A stretch of 64,000 nt of DNA from Octopus sinensis (taxonomy: Eukaryota): the NCBI RefSeq assembly GCF_006345805.1, contig NC_043009.1, positions 8,494,001-8,558,000 of the forward strand, written 5' to 3'. Each line of letters starts with the position of its first letter. Position 1 is the stretch's first letter. Shown one piece after another: positions 11,548-24,077 of this stretch. The notes beneath the pieces were generated by a model. It searched no databases and had not been told where the DNA came from. It worked only from the letters and a program-made list of their open reading frames with translations. Both the position numbers and the translations under genes were made by a program.

Positions 11548-13331
11548 CAACCTTCGTTCAACTCCATTTCTTCAATTCACTAATAATATATATATATATA
11601 TATATATACATATGGTTCATATGTACAAAAAACAAAAGGCAGAGACAGGTGAGAGAACAAGCAAGGTGTATTAGTTTGACATGTCAGGATTAATAGTTCT
11701 ACATGCTGAAATGACCAGAAGGAAGAGGTCAGTGGAATGGGATATAACAGTGACCTGGCTAAACTGGAGCATGCAAGTGCATGTGTGTATGTGAGGTTGG
11801 TGTGTGTTAGTGTATATGTGTGTGTGGGCAAGTGCATATGTATGCATCAACAAGATGAGCATCTTTCAGTTTCTGTCAACCACTCACAAGGTTTTGGTCA
11901 ACCTGCATAGACATACATAGCTATGCATTCACACACTTGCACATACATATGTATATATATGTATATATATCATGATACATCTATGTTGCTGGGATGTGCT
12001 CTGTCTCAGTGAAGATAGGCAAGTCTACCTACCCAAATGAAAACTGTATGTATCAGAACTGTTAAACACCAAAAAATTATTTCCAGTTCTTTATAAAATT
12101 CCTAATTTGTGGTTGTAATTTAGTGTCATTCAGTGAATGGCTACCATTTCGATGTTACACAGACACATATTGCTCTGCCTTTCATGTTTAATCTATATAC
12201 CAAGCATAGCAGTATTAATTGCATGTGCCATGAGTCAGCTCCCTAATTCAAAAAATATAGTGAAAAATAGGAGCAGAATGATATATGCTTACACACTATA
12301 TCATCACAGAGTGAGGAATGTGCATGATTTGTATGTTGACTTTACATGTCTTTGATTGTGTTGATTGAGATAATTTTAAGATAGATTTTATTTTATGCAA
12401 ATGTATAAAATAGCAATATTGAAAATATGTGTGTGTCTGTAAATAAAAGTGTGTAAAGATACACAAATATGTGTATTGATATGTTTGTTGACATGAGTGC
12501 AAATGTACAACTATGTGAGTTTTTTTTTCCTAAATATGCATTTATTTGATTGGTGGGGTGTTATGTAATATCATCATCATCGTCATTCTCTTCATCCCCA
12601 TCATTTTATGTCTGCTTTTCATAGATTGGATAGGTTGATTGAGTCAGATACAGCTCACTTATATGCTTCATCTTTAGTATGTCCTCCTCAACAATAACCA
12701 CTTTACAGAGTGTACTGAGAGCATTTTAAGATGGCACCAGCATTAGAGAAGTTGTATTGTCCTCTGCAAGACTAAAGAGTCCTCTCTTTTCCATGTTTTC
12801 TCCATTATTTCAAAGCAAATGAAATCAAAAGAGTAAATTGAAGATAAGGGTATGTGTGTATTAGAGAGAAAAAAGAGTAATAGGACTGAGAGTTTGATAA
12901 GGGAAGGAGTAATGGAAGCAGGATACAGTGATAGCTACATGATGGTTGTTGGTAAGAATTTTTAATTTCTCTTGTAAACTTGTTATTGTAGGTCACTTGC
13001 ATATAAGCATTTATTTTAGTTTTAAGTAAATGCACATCAATATTTATAGCGCAATATTGCAGAGACATTCTTTTGTTTGTTTGTTTCAAACTCCTTAGTT
13101 TGTCCCTTAAAAACCTGCAGCACGTAATAGGTTGCCATCACTGCAATAGGAGAACCAATTAAGCATAACCGTTTCCAAAGAATCTTGTAGATGATTTATT
13201 TGAAGACTCACCAGTAGTACGTCTGCGTTATCAGCCTCTTTGTTTTTGTGTTTTGTATATTAAGAAGCCTGTAGTCTTCCACTATAACCTACACTGTAAC
13301 TTTACTTCCAAACACCAAATCTTACAAAAAT

Positions 13332-13374
<43 letters not shown>

Positions 13375-13995
13375 CACAATTAACTCTAGTTAATTATGGT
13401 TTGGTAACATACATTTTGGCCTAGGGGGTTTTTCGGTCTGCTATGAATTTGTAAGCAAAAGTCATTATTCTTGCATTAAATTGACTTTTCTGTTTTTGTT
13501 TTTTGTTTTGCTTTATTCATACTATGCAATTTAAATATATTACAATAATTATTTACCAACCTAACTAGATTATTTCTTCCAGCATCTAATTATTCTCTTT
13601 GATTCAAGTTTACCAGCTGACAGCTTCCATCCAGTTAATTCACCAAATTTATGGACAGTATAGAATGAGTCATGGACCTCTGAATTATCTTGACATTGCC
13701 GGAGCATAATCTAAACTTTTGATTCCCATTGCCATCAACATATTGTGCACTTTTTTTTTTGTCTTGTCCTTTCTGCTAATCCATTTCAGTATAAACATTC
13801 TCTTATCTTTCATGATATGCAAACAGAATTTACTGATTCCGGCTCTTTCATAATAAACTTACTTCAACCTTGACCAGTATAATTTGACAAATAAGTAGTA
13901 CAAATCTTCACAGCCAGAGATATATATTTCAGGCAAAAAAAAAGAAAAAAAAGACCTTTAATTTATGCAGCAGTGTGATTTTATTTATTCTCTCT

Positions 13996-14074
<79 letters not shown>

Positions 14075-14230
14075 GTTTATACATATATTATTTTTTAGTT
14101 CAGATGCATAGATCATAACAAAAGTTGTAAATATATCAGAATGGCTTCTCTGCTTGAACCCTGTTGGCATTCGGATCAATAAATACTTGCTCTTGCTGCT
14201 GCCTGGAATATATCATTAACACTTACATAC

Positions 14231-14296
14231 CATTTCCATTCTGGAATCGGCTACTCTTGAGATGCTCTCAATAACAGATATATCGAAAATTCTCTT
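14231..14296 (-). CDS. Candidate 66-nt internal exon (KRIFDISVIESISRVADSRMEM), product unknown
   Basis: CTACTTTAG acceptor, ATG|GTATGT donor, one open frame, non-repetitive sequence; no recognisable homology. Confidence 0.2.
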
Positions 14297-14790
14297 CTAA
14301 AGTAGAGTCACTTTAAGTGTTCATAAACTGAATTGGTGTTATGTAAACTAAACGGCTTCTGTTTTCATTACCGCAGACTATTGCTCGCGAATTATACATT
14401 TGAAATGAGATCAACTTTTATAACCTATTACAAATTTTATGCTGATTAAGTCTTGAGTTGTGATGTTTTTACAGTGATAGATCAGAAGTTGTATGATTTA
14501 GTAGGTGTTAGCTAAAGTCATTACTGTGGGCCACTGTCAAATAAGTATAATGGAAGAAAGATCGACTTCTATGGAATGTTAAAGAATTGTCATGCTATGG
14601 TTCCATCCCAGACTTAGTAGTACTTTCTGAAAGACGGTAGAACACTAAACCTACAGTTTTATGTCTCCCTGTAGAAGATTCGTCTAAATCAACTTTGCCA
14701 TTTTTCTGTTCTTTTGTATGAAGATTGTGAGCTTCAATAAGTTTGTATCCCTTTGCATCTGAGATCTAGAAAAATTAAGATTTTCTATTT

Positions 14791-14949
14791 CTACTACCAA
14801 ACAACCATATTGCAGCATCAGATTCCTATTCTCTCCATGTTACATGAATTTCACTGTACATTCTTTGCTAGTACAGGCCACTGCCAGTTTTCTCAAGTTG
14901 TTTTTCCTTTTCACTGTTCTTTTGTTCATGTGCCTTCACATTACACAAT
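14791..14949 (+). repeat. 159-bp direct repeat, copy 1 (copy 2 at 17312-17470)
   Basis: Near-identical; I see 2 substitutions. Confidence 0.9.
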
Positions 14950-15058
14950 AGCCTTCACATTACACTATGATTTTCACATTACACCATAGCCTTCACATGC
15001 TATAACTTCCACATCACATTATGGCCTTCACATCCACCATCTACCTTCATATTACACT
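14925..15058. repeat. Degenerate ~19-bp minisatellite (GCCTTCACATTACACCATA-like)
   Basis: About 6-7 imperfect copies of CCTTCACATTACAC. Confidence 0.7.
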
Positions 15059-15061
15059 GGG

Positions 15062-15448
15062 ACTGGAAGCACTCCGTCGGTTACGACAATGAGGGTTCTG
15101 GTTGATCCGAATCAAGGGAACAGCCTGCTCATGAAATTAACATGTAAGTGGCTGAGCACTCCACAGACATGTGCACCCTTAACGTAGTTCTCGGGGATAT
15201 TTAGCGTGACACAGAGAGTGACAAGGCCGGCCCTTTGAAATACAGATACAACAGAAACAGGAAGTAAGAGTGAGAGAAAGTTGTGGTGAAAGAGTACAGC
15301 AGGGATCATCACCATCCTCTGCCGGAGCCTCATGGAGCTTTAGGTGTTTTCACTCAATAAACACTCACAACGCCCGGTCTGGGAATCGAAACCGCGATCC
15401 TATGACTGCGAGTCCGCTGCCCTAACCACTGGGCCATTGCGCCTCCAC
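15062..15448 (-). mobile_element. Near full-length tRNA-Arg-like SINE family C (probably OR-type)
   Basis: GTGGAGGCGCAATGGCCCAGTGG (A-box), ACTCGCA anticodon-like loop, GGTTTCGATTCCC (B-box), tail CGACGGAGTGCTTCCAGT. Confidence 0.85.
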
Positions 15449-17017
15449 CATATTACACTACATTCATTCACATTAGGCCATCTGTGGTCTGGTTTTGTTG
15501 GGTGTTGGATTCCTTATTGTGGGGTCATGTTTTTGATTAAGGCTCTTTCTTTCATGTTACTCCAGTCCTCCCTGTTGTAAACGAGTACCAGTAAGAATTG
15601 GGGTTAACCTGATGACAAATTTGCATCTCATCTGGCAGGAGTCTTCAACCGTTGAAGTAGTGATTACCCGACATTTCATTTGTGTTAAAGAAAATTTATC
15701 ACAATTGTGTTTAATTTGTTGAATAAAATATGTACTTAATAAAATAAGTTAAATAGATAAATAAAAAACAGTAAGTAAGAACTTAGTTCACTATCAATAA
15801 TAGTATTGATTTAGTATTGTTTTACAGTCTCTTACTTGTTTTGAATAATTCTGCTTTTAGTATTCTTACCAACCAATCATTTATCTGTAAAATATGTTCT
15901 ATCTACCCCTTTCATCCTAGTTTTTTTCTTTTATTCTAAATGGTGTCATTTAGTTGTTTGATAAGTCAGTGAAGAGAACCTATATGTAGTCACTCAATTT
16001 ACTAGAAATAGCATCCAAAAATCCCTCAAATTCCACTTGTCATCATTATTGTTTTAACATCCACTTATCCATGCTAGCACGAGTTGTATGGAGTTTATTG
16101 AGGCAGATTTTTCTTTGACCAGATGCTCTTCCAGTCACTAACCCTCACTTGTTTCCAAACAAGGTAATATTTCCTCATGGCCAGACATGTTTTGCAGAAG
16201 ACTGAAAAGGAATAACCTTCATTTACAACAATCACACAATGTCTTTAAAAAGGGAAGGACCCTCTGAACTAATAGTTTTGGATGCAGGCATGCTGTGAAG
16301 TTAAGAAGTTTGTGCTTTCTGTTCATGACATTCTGGGTTCAGTCTCACTGCATGCCACCTTGAGTAAATGTCTTTTACCATAACTGCAGATCAACCAAAG
16401 CTTTTTGAATGAAATTGGATTTAAGCTGCACAGAAGCCCATCCAGAAATCAGGTTATCTGTACATGTTCTGTGGCAGTAGACTTAAGCTCTCACCCAGTT
16501 GAACACCACTAACTGGTCTTTCAGTACTTTGAGCCAAATCCACACGATAACAGGTATTTGGACCAAGTATCTGGTCTGGAGATAACCTAAGGGTTGTGGT
16601 TTAATCTTTCTTTTGAACAACCAGCCTTGAGACTTTGGCTAAGTTATAACCAGTAAAACAGACATATAAATCATGATGTCTGAAGAAAAAAGATGAAATG
16701 GTCCTGGCTAGAATGTCAGCATCACAAGTCATCAATATATACATACCAGCTGCCAGGAATGGGTTTGATATGTAAAATTGGTAGACCCAATAATATTACA
16801 CCACAATATTTAGTGGCTATTTAAGAAATGAGTTTGAGGATGGTTAATGTGTTTGGATGTGTTGTTGATGAAGGAGCAAGAACTCTTGAAGTATGGCATA
16901 TACACCCATTACCCATTTCTCATCTTCAATCTCATTGTTGTTTACATCAGGCATATTCAGAGATGAAATGTCATAACATATCAGTGATGGTTATACTTTC
17001 TACAGAAAACCTGTAAA

Positions 17018-17150
17018 GATAACCAACCACATGGTTCTGAGTTCAGTCCCACTGCGTGGCACCCTAGGCAAGTGTCTCTTTCTATAACCTCAAGCCAACC
17101 AGAGGCTTGTGAGTGGATTTGGTAGATGGAAACTGAAAGAAGCCCATTGA

Positions 17151-17184
<34 letters not shown>

Positions 17185-17560
17185 TTGTATGTCTGTGTTT
17201 GTCCCCCCACCATCACTTCACAACTGATGTTGGTGTGTTTATGTCCCCGTAATTTAGCGGTTCAGCAAAAGAGATTGATAGAACAAGTACTAGGCTTACA
17301 AAGAATAGGTCCTACTACCAAACAACCATATTGCAGCATCAGATTCCTATTCTCTCCATGTTACATGAATTTCACTGTACATTCTTTGCTAGTACAGGCC
17401 ACTGCCAGTTTCCTCAAGTTGTTTTTCCTTTTCACTGTTCTTTTGTCCATGTGCCTTCACATTACACAATGACTTTTATATTACACTATGGCCTTCAACT
17501 AAAGGCGTTGCTCCAGCGTGGCCACATTCAAATGACTGAAACAAATAAAAGGAAAAGAAT
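17018..17560 (+). mobile_element. SINE family B carrying a templated insertion in its tail
   Basis: GAGTTCAGTCCCACTGCGTGGCACCCTAGGCAAGTG head, family B tail, and an insert at 17312-17498. Confidence 0.8.
17312..17470 (+). repeat. 159-bp direct repeat, copy 2
   Basis: Matches 14791-14949. Confidence 0.9.
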
Positions 17561-17899
17561 AACCTTAACAAGTCCTTTATCATAAGTCTGCTGGATCAGG
17601 GCTGCCATTGAACTAAACAGCAGCCACAGCAGACATCTAGTGGCTGTTATATATTGCCTGTCATGTTTACATGTTTTAGTCTAGCCTAAAACATTTCCTT
17701 CATCATTAAGTACTTCTGATTCATTTTATTCAACTGTTCTATCAGTGCAAGCTTAGTTGTGTGGTTAAGAAGCTTGCTTTCATCCATGTAGTTTTGGGTT
17801 CAATCCCACTGTGTAGCTTCTTGTGTAACCCCATCAAAGCCTTGTGGTAGACAGAACCTGAAAAGAAGCTTCATGTGTGTCTATGTGTATGCATGTTTG

Positions 17900-18118
17900 T
17901 CATTTCTTTATTGCCCACAGGGGGCTAAACACAGAGGGGACAAACAATGACAGGCTAACGGATTAAGTCGATTACATAACTGATACTTAGTTTATTGATC
18001 CTCGAAAGGATGAAAGGCAAAGTCGACCTCGGTGGAATTTGAACTCAGAACATAAAGGCGGATGAAATACCGCTGAGCATTTCTCCCAGCGTGCTAACGT
18101 TTCTGCCAGCTTGCTGCC
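17900..18118 (-). mobile_element. SINE family A monomer
   Basis: Reverse complement of A-box, B-box and CCCCTGTGGGCAATAAAGAAAT tail. Confidence 0.8.
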
Positions 18119-18119
18119 A

Positions 18120-18372
18120 TGTGTATGCATGTTTGTGTGTGCTCTTGTCCATGTAAATGGCTGTTAATGAACATCACTGTTGTACAAGTGATGTTGTCCA
18201 TTTCCAGTCTTCCATGAAATACATGTCTGGCCATAGGAAAATATTACCCTGCTAAGAAACAGGTGAGGGTTGGTGATAGAAAGAGCATCTGGCTGTAGGA
18301 AAAAAATCTGCCTCAACTAATTTCATCTGACCCATACAAGCATAGAAAAGTGGACATTAAATGATGATGATG
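18120..18372 (+). mobile_element. SINE tail ending in an RTE-like 3' end
   Basis: GAGCATCTGGCTGTAGGAAA..CCCATACAAGCATAGAAAAGTGGACATTAAATGATGATG resembles the RTE 3' terminus. Confidence 0.6.
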
Positions 18373-19638
18373 TTCCTTTGGGCAATTAATTATCATTGAT
18401 CATTGCTGATTGATCAAATCTGGTCCAGAGTAAATGGCATTGTTGGAGAAGAATAATAAACATTTGATGATAATCAATTACTGCAATATACCAAATCATC
18501 ACTACTGTTGCTGCTACTGCTGTTGTTGTTGAGTCATAAGTCATCTCCAGTCTAGCAAACTTATGATCAAAGTCGTTCCTACCATGACTGTTTCATGGTT
18601 CTAAGTTTATGATTAGCATGACATTATCTAATGTATCCTTTCTTTTCCCAAGACAGTTGGGAGTGATATGAAGGAGATTTGACTGCTATTTCTAGCAGGT
18701 CCAGTAACTACATAGATCCCTTTTGTTGGCTCATCTTTGTTATTATTCTCATTGAATTATCATCATCATCATCATGATGTTATATTATCACGGACCAGAG
18801 AAATTCCTCTTTATTATTATGGTGGACTTTAATGGAATATTCACAGATCTAAACCATTTCTTTCCAAATCTGAAAAATGTCCCAGGGTATTGAACCATCA
18901 GTTTTCAGATATAAAGTTCTGTTCCATTGTAAAGCATTCCTTTGTGTATCTGGCCAAATTGGGTGCTTTCTCCCCTCTTTGGATTAGTATCTGAAGGAAT
19001 GGGCCATGGTCATGTCTTTTACCGGCTTATCCAATACTGATGAGATTTGTATTAGCATTTGTCTCGAACAATTGTAAAGTTGCAAGAAAGGCTGTGCTCC
19101 AGAGGGATAACATTCTAGAAGGAAGGATTGAGAATAATGGTTAATGGCTTGAATAATGGTTAATGGCTTGGGAGATGGAGATTCGATGGGTCACAGGAGA
19201 TGAAAAGATGATTGAATCTGGGGTACCTGAGTGGAGGTGATGCAAAACCAGCCAGCCCAGAGGTGCTGTAGCAAAGGCAGAGAGAGGAGACAACATGTCT
19301 GTGACTTAGAAGTTGGAGTTTGTTGGTGAGCAATTTCTTGTCAATCAAATAGTCTTTCTTTAGATGTAGTCTAGGATACCTGTATGTGTAGAAGCATTTG
19401 AGAGGGGTGGAGGTGTTATGCCCAAGTGTTGAGAGGCTAAAGTATGATCGAAGGACAAACACCTTTCCCCTATAGAAAGGTGTTTGTATATAGGGGAGAC
19501 ACATGGCTACCTCATAATATATAAGGGTGGGAGGTAGTAGCTGCCAAGAAGATTGAGATGGTAGTGATGGAATGCCAGAATGAACTCTCAACATGCTATA
19601 TTTACATTTAGAAATCTTCCTTAGTTATTGTTGCTTAA

Positions 19639-19859
19639 CCCTTTCGTTACCAGCCCGGCTGACAACGGCTCTGGCTCTTTAGTATAAATGTCTTGTTTTC
19701 ATGAGTTTTGAATTCAAATCTTCCACCAAATCTTAGTTAAAATTAATGTTCCTAATACTAGCTTAATGATAACGAAGTTAATTTACTAAATTCTTTGTTA
19801 TATTTAAAATAATTGAAAGAAACACAGAGCATCTCAAAATAAATACAGTAATGAAAGGG
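19639..19859. mobile_element. piggyBac-like MITE (221 bp)
   Basis: TTAA flanks at 19635-19638 and 19860-19863; TIRs CCCTTTCGTTAC / GTAATGAAAGGG (1 mismatch). Confidence 0.85.
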
Positions 19860-20012
19860 TTAACCCTAAATCAGTACTGCTTGCACACTTACCTTTGGTC
19901 AAAAGTATTCTTTCTGCAACCACCCTTACTGGGATACTTATTGTTATTGATTGTAAATAGCTGAGGCAGAAACTAGAACAGGATCTAAGTTTAGGCTTAA
20001 TACAAGAATTAA

Positions 20013-20235
20013 CCCTTTGGCATTCAGACTGTTCTGTCAAATGTAATACTTATTTATTCACTTCGTTTTGAATTTATCTTCCATTATCCAGTAGTCTCGA
20101 GATTTCAATGATCCGAATATTTATTTTTGGACTGACATTGTAGGATAGGTGTAAGAAGCTGGACCTGGCCAGTTTGAACACAAAACAGGTAGAATATTTT
20201 AGCCAGGTATGGCTGGTTTAAATGCTGAAAGTTTA
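20013..20235. mobile_element. piggyBac-like MITE, second family, degenerate right end
   Basis: TTAA-CCCTTTGGCATT left end; right end AATGCTGAAAGTTTAG imperfectly mirrors it. Confidence 0.6.
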
Positions 20236-22835
20236 GACTTGGAATTTTTATTCAGCAAGTTGTAATTGAAATCACTTTGTACATTCACATCATGTTGTGT
20301 CACTCTGACATTCTCTCATTTAACACAATCCTTAAAATACACGGAATTTCTTTTTCCTTTCTCCTTATTCCATCTTATAATAGCTTCCTGGTTTATATCT
20401 GTAAACCCGTCTTAGAGATAAGGTCTCTTGGAATAAACATCTGGTCTTCCCAACACTTACAACACAACAATGCTGGAAGTGGGGCATAGGAGATGGGATG
20501 GCATTGTTTGGGGGGGGGGATGTGTGGTATCTGTATTGATAGTCATCTTTAACAAAACCAAACTTCTTACACAACGTAGAAGCTTCTAAACCCATTGATT
20601 GTCCAATAGAGGAGGACAACATTGTTGTACTTGCTTGTAATTCTTGTGCAATGACTAAGCAAAATGGTATTGGTTTTTTTTTTGTTTTTTTGCCACTGTT
20701 CTTGTCATATCAACCCAACAACCACTATAATCTAGACAAAACCATCAGCAATGAAAATAAAAATGAAAACAATAAGGAATGGAAAGACAAAATCTCTGGA
20801 ATAATTCCTCATGACTGAACATTTTTATATTATTTTTGTAGAACAAGATCATGCCAGTTGTTAGTAATAATTTGTTTTGTTTTATTTGTCTTTATTTTGC
20901 CTGTGTTATTGTTGTTGTTGTTGTTGTTATTACAATGAAATGATGGTATGCTTCACTTATTCTGCACAGAGTTGTGATTGTGAAGTTGCATCGCACCAGG
21001 GTAATTTATTAATTATTCTTTACAATAGCATTTGTGGATCCCTGCCACATTTTTCTTTTCTTCTTTTTTTTTTCACAAGGAAATACCTGTATTTCTTTTC
21101 TAGTACTACCACCAATACCAACCACCACCACCACTACCACCACCACACTACATCATACCAATACCAGCACCATTGTAAAGCTACACCAAACAATGGGTAT
21201 TTATTAATTATTAAGTGTTCTTGTAATAAACTTTCTGGACTTCAAACTACCCGACACCCACTCTCCCTTTTTGTTGATTGAAGAAATAGTAACTTATACT
21301 ACTTTTATCTTGTACTACTACCAACTTGCAACAACCACAGTATGTGCCATGCCTGTACTACTGCCATCAGTACTAAGAACGCATTGCCATGCACATCAAT
21401 AACATTAGGCTTAACAGACCAAAGCTACTACGCAAACAAAAACAACAACAATGACAAAGTACCATCTATTGTTGCTGGATCTATATTGCTAGAAATAGCA
21501 ACTAAATCTCCTTCATGTCATACCTACCATCTTAAAAAAAAAAAGAAAGTAGCAAGAAAGACACATAGAACAGTGTGTTTCTAGATTCCCCTGAAAAGTT
21601 TGTGTTGGTCATGACTGGAATGCCTTTAGTTAGCCTGATCAGAACAGACTCAAAGGCTAAGCAACCTCAGTAACTATAATAAGCCAACAAGGAAGTCTGT
21701 ACATAGTCACGTGGCTTGCTAAAAATAGCAGCCAAATTTCCTACAAATTATCTTTTATTTGTTTAAGTCATTAGACTGTGGCCATGCTGGGGCACTACCT
21801 TGAAGAATTTTTTAGTCAAACTTATCAACCTCAGTCCCCTTTTCTTTTTTGTAAAGCCTAGTACTTATTCTATTGATCTCTTTTACTCTTTTGCCAAACT
21901 GCTAAGTTACAGGGATGTAAACAAACATTTTTGATTACAGGTTAGCAGGATCTGGCTAACTTGGGATTAAATGTGAACAAATATCATGAGTTAAAGAGAA
22001 TGGCTTGTAGGTGGTTGCTCGCCCAGCTAGAAATAGTAGCCAAATTTCCCTTAAATCATATTTTGGTGTCTTAAATAAAGTAGTGTATATTGAGTAATGT
22101 AGTCCTAAGTATATTGTCTCTGAAAATGAGACTAAATGGTCATAGTTGGAATGCTTTTAACCATAGATCAGCTTGGACTGGCAGACCTGGACCTAGACGA
22201 GAAAAAGCATCATCATCATCATCGTCGTCATCATCAGTAATTGGTACTGTCACAGCAACAATAGAGCTTCGACCTGCTAGATGTAGCAGCTATGTCCCCT
22301 TCAAATGAAACCTTCAGTAAGGGCAGGGTGGAGATGGATATATTTTATGATGTAGTCCTTGAAAGAATCTCCTGAAATGACAGAATGGCCCTGGTTGGAG
22401 TGCCTTTGGACTTACTCATACAAAAATCAACCTGGGACTGAATAACATTAACAACAGCCGTGTAACACACACACCACCACCACCACCACCACCACTACTA
22501 CTACTACCACTCACCTAACTGCCCCTACTAATACTACCACCACCACCACCACCACACCATCAAAGTTCCTATTACAACCCCTACAATTATTACTATTAAC
22601 ACATCGTCATTAGTATTACTACTACTACCACTACTACTATGATTAATTTTTTATTTTAATTTTATTCATTCAATAATTAATTGATCGTTTTTCAAGGTTG
22701 ACTATTTGATACAGTTATCAATTATGACTACCTGTTAGTTGTAGCGTGACAAAGGTGTTAGCTATGTCTATATATGTGTGCACGTGTGTGTGTATTGCTT
22801 TTTGTGTCTGAGGATATTTATAAATGAAAGAGGCA

Positions 22836-22879
<44 letters not shown>

Positions 22880-23999
22880 CACGTGTGTGTGTGTGTTTGT
22901 CAGTAAGAGACATAAGCAGGGTGTGGTCAGAGAGAACCTGTGTTTGTATGCTTGTGTGTGTGTGTGTCTTAGAGAGAGGGAAATGTGGATGTGTGAGAAA
23001 AAGAAAGCGAGAATGTGTGTATGTGTACACACATGAATGTGTGTGTGTGCGTGTGTGTGTCCGTGTGCATTTGTATTTACACGATTGTTTTTCTATGTGA
23101 CTACACAAAGTTTACATCTGCCACATTTGTCCGTGGACACAGGACTACGGAATAATCTTTTATAGACACTTGCTAACATACATACAGCAACATCAAAACC
23201 AACAACACATTTTCACTCCACCTCACTCGCTCCTAAATACTTTGGTCTTGGTGAAGTGTTAGTTTGCTATTTTCTCATTCAAACAGCTTGTATGTCTGCA
23301 AACTAGCGTTCCAGGCGAATTGTCAGGTTCAGCCAACCATTTATTGAGCTAGGCCTTTGTAAAAATGCCTGTTTGCTTTTGTTCTTTCTTCTGTAACGCT
23401 GTCTCTTGCCTCTCTCTACTTTATTGGCTGCTTTAATTTGTAATGTTTTATCAGGAATATTGACCCACTACACTAACCAAGCATGCCTTCTAGTCTGAAA
23501 GGCCTGATAATGATACTAATACTAATAACAATATTAATAAGTATATTATTATGTTGTCATCCACCCATAGACAAATGCTGTTGTAAAATCATTGTTGAAC
23601 TCCCAGACTTCGAATTCCTCCTCGCCCCCTTCACCCACACACCCAACCTAATAGCAGCCATCCACTTCCGACCCTCACCTCTTCAAAGAGATTTGGCATG
23701 AATAAAATCATTTTCCATTATTTATTCTAACATGGCTTAATCTCAGAGAAATTCTTGTCTGATTTATCATCTCTGGGAAAGCCCTCGCAGGATTTTTCTT
23801 TCTTTCTTTTTCTTTTTTTTTTTTCCTCTTTCACACGTTTACTTTATATATTTTCAAAAAATTAATTTCGAGACTTTTTTCTTCATTAACCTAGTTAATT
23901 AACTGTTTGCTATCACTGCTGTGCTTTGAATTACCCATAAAATCTCTCTCTCTCTCCCTCTCTCTCTCACTCACTCTCTCCCTCTCTCTCACTCACTCA

Positions 24000-24077
<78 letters not shown>

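Larger units (their letters stand above)
10990..11589 (-). mobile_element. PLE terminal-repeat (pLTR) fragment with 206-bp fold-back palindrome
   Basis: 11147-11382 is the reverse complement of 11384-11589 with 2 mismatches and a 30-nt left-arm-only segment (11321-11350); 1-nt loop; contains a hammerhead motif; (TA)n on both flanks. Confidence 0.75.

Noticed and set aside
13100-13910. Several exon-like segments on both strands
   Set aside because: Phases are inconsistent, frames contain stops or polypyrimidine tracts are poor; no recognisable protein
14625-14670. CTGAAAGA..AAAC hammerhead-like string
   Set aside because: Stems II and III cannot be formed convincingly and GAAA is absent
18780-19594. 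144-aa ORF and neighbouring complex sequence
   Set aside because: No motif recognised; possibly an old LINE remnant but unsupported
23600-23695. Minus-strand GRKWMAAIR resembling a PH-domain C-terminal helix
   Set aside because: Only a few residues, an in-frame stop just upstream and no supporting neighbouring exons
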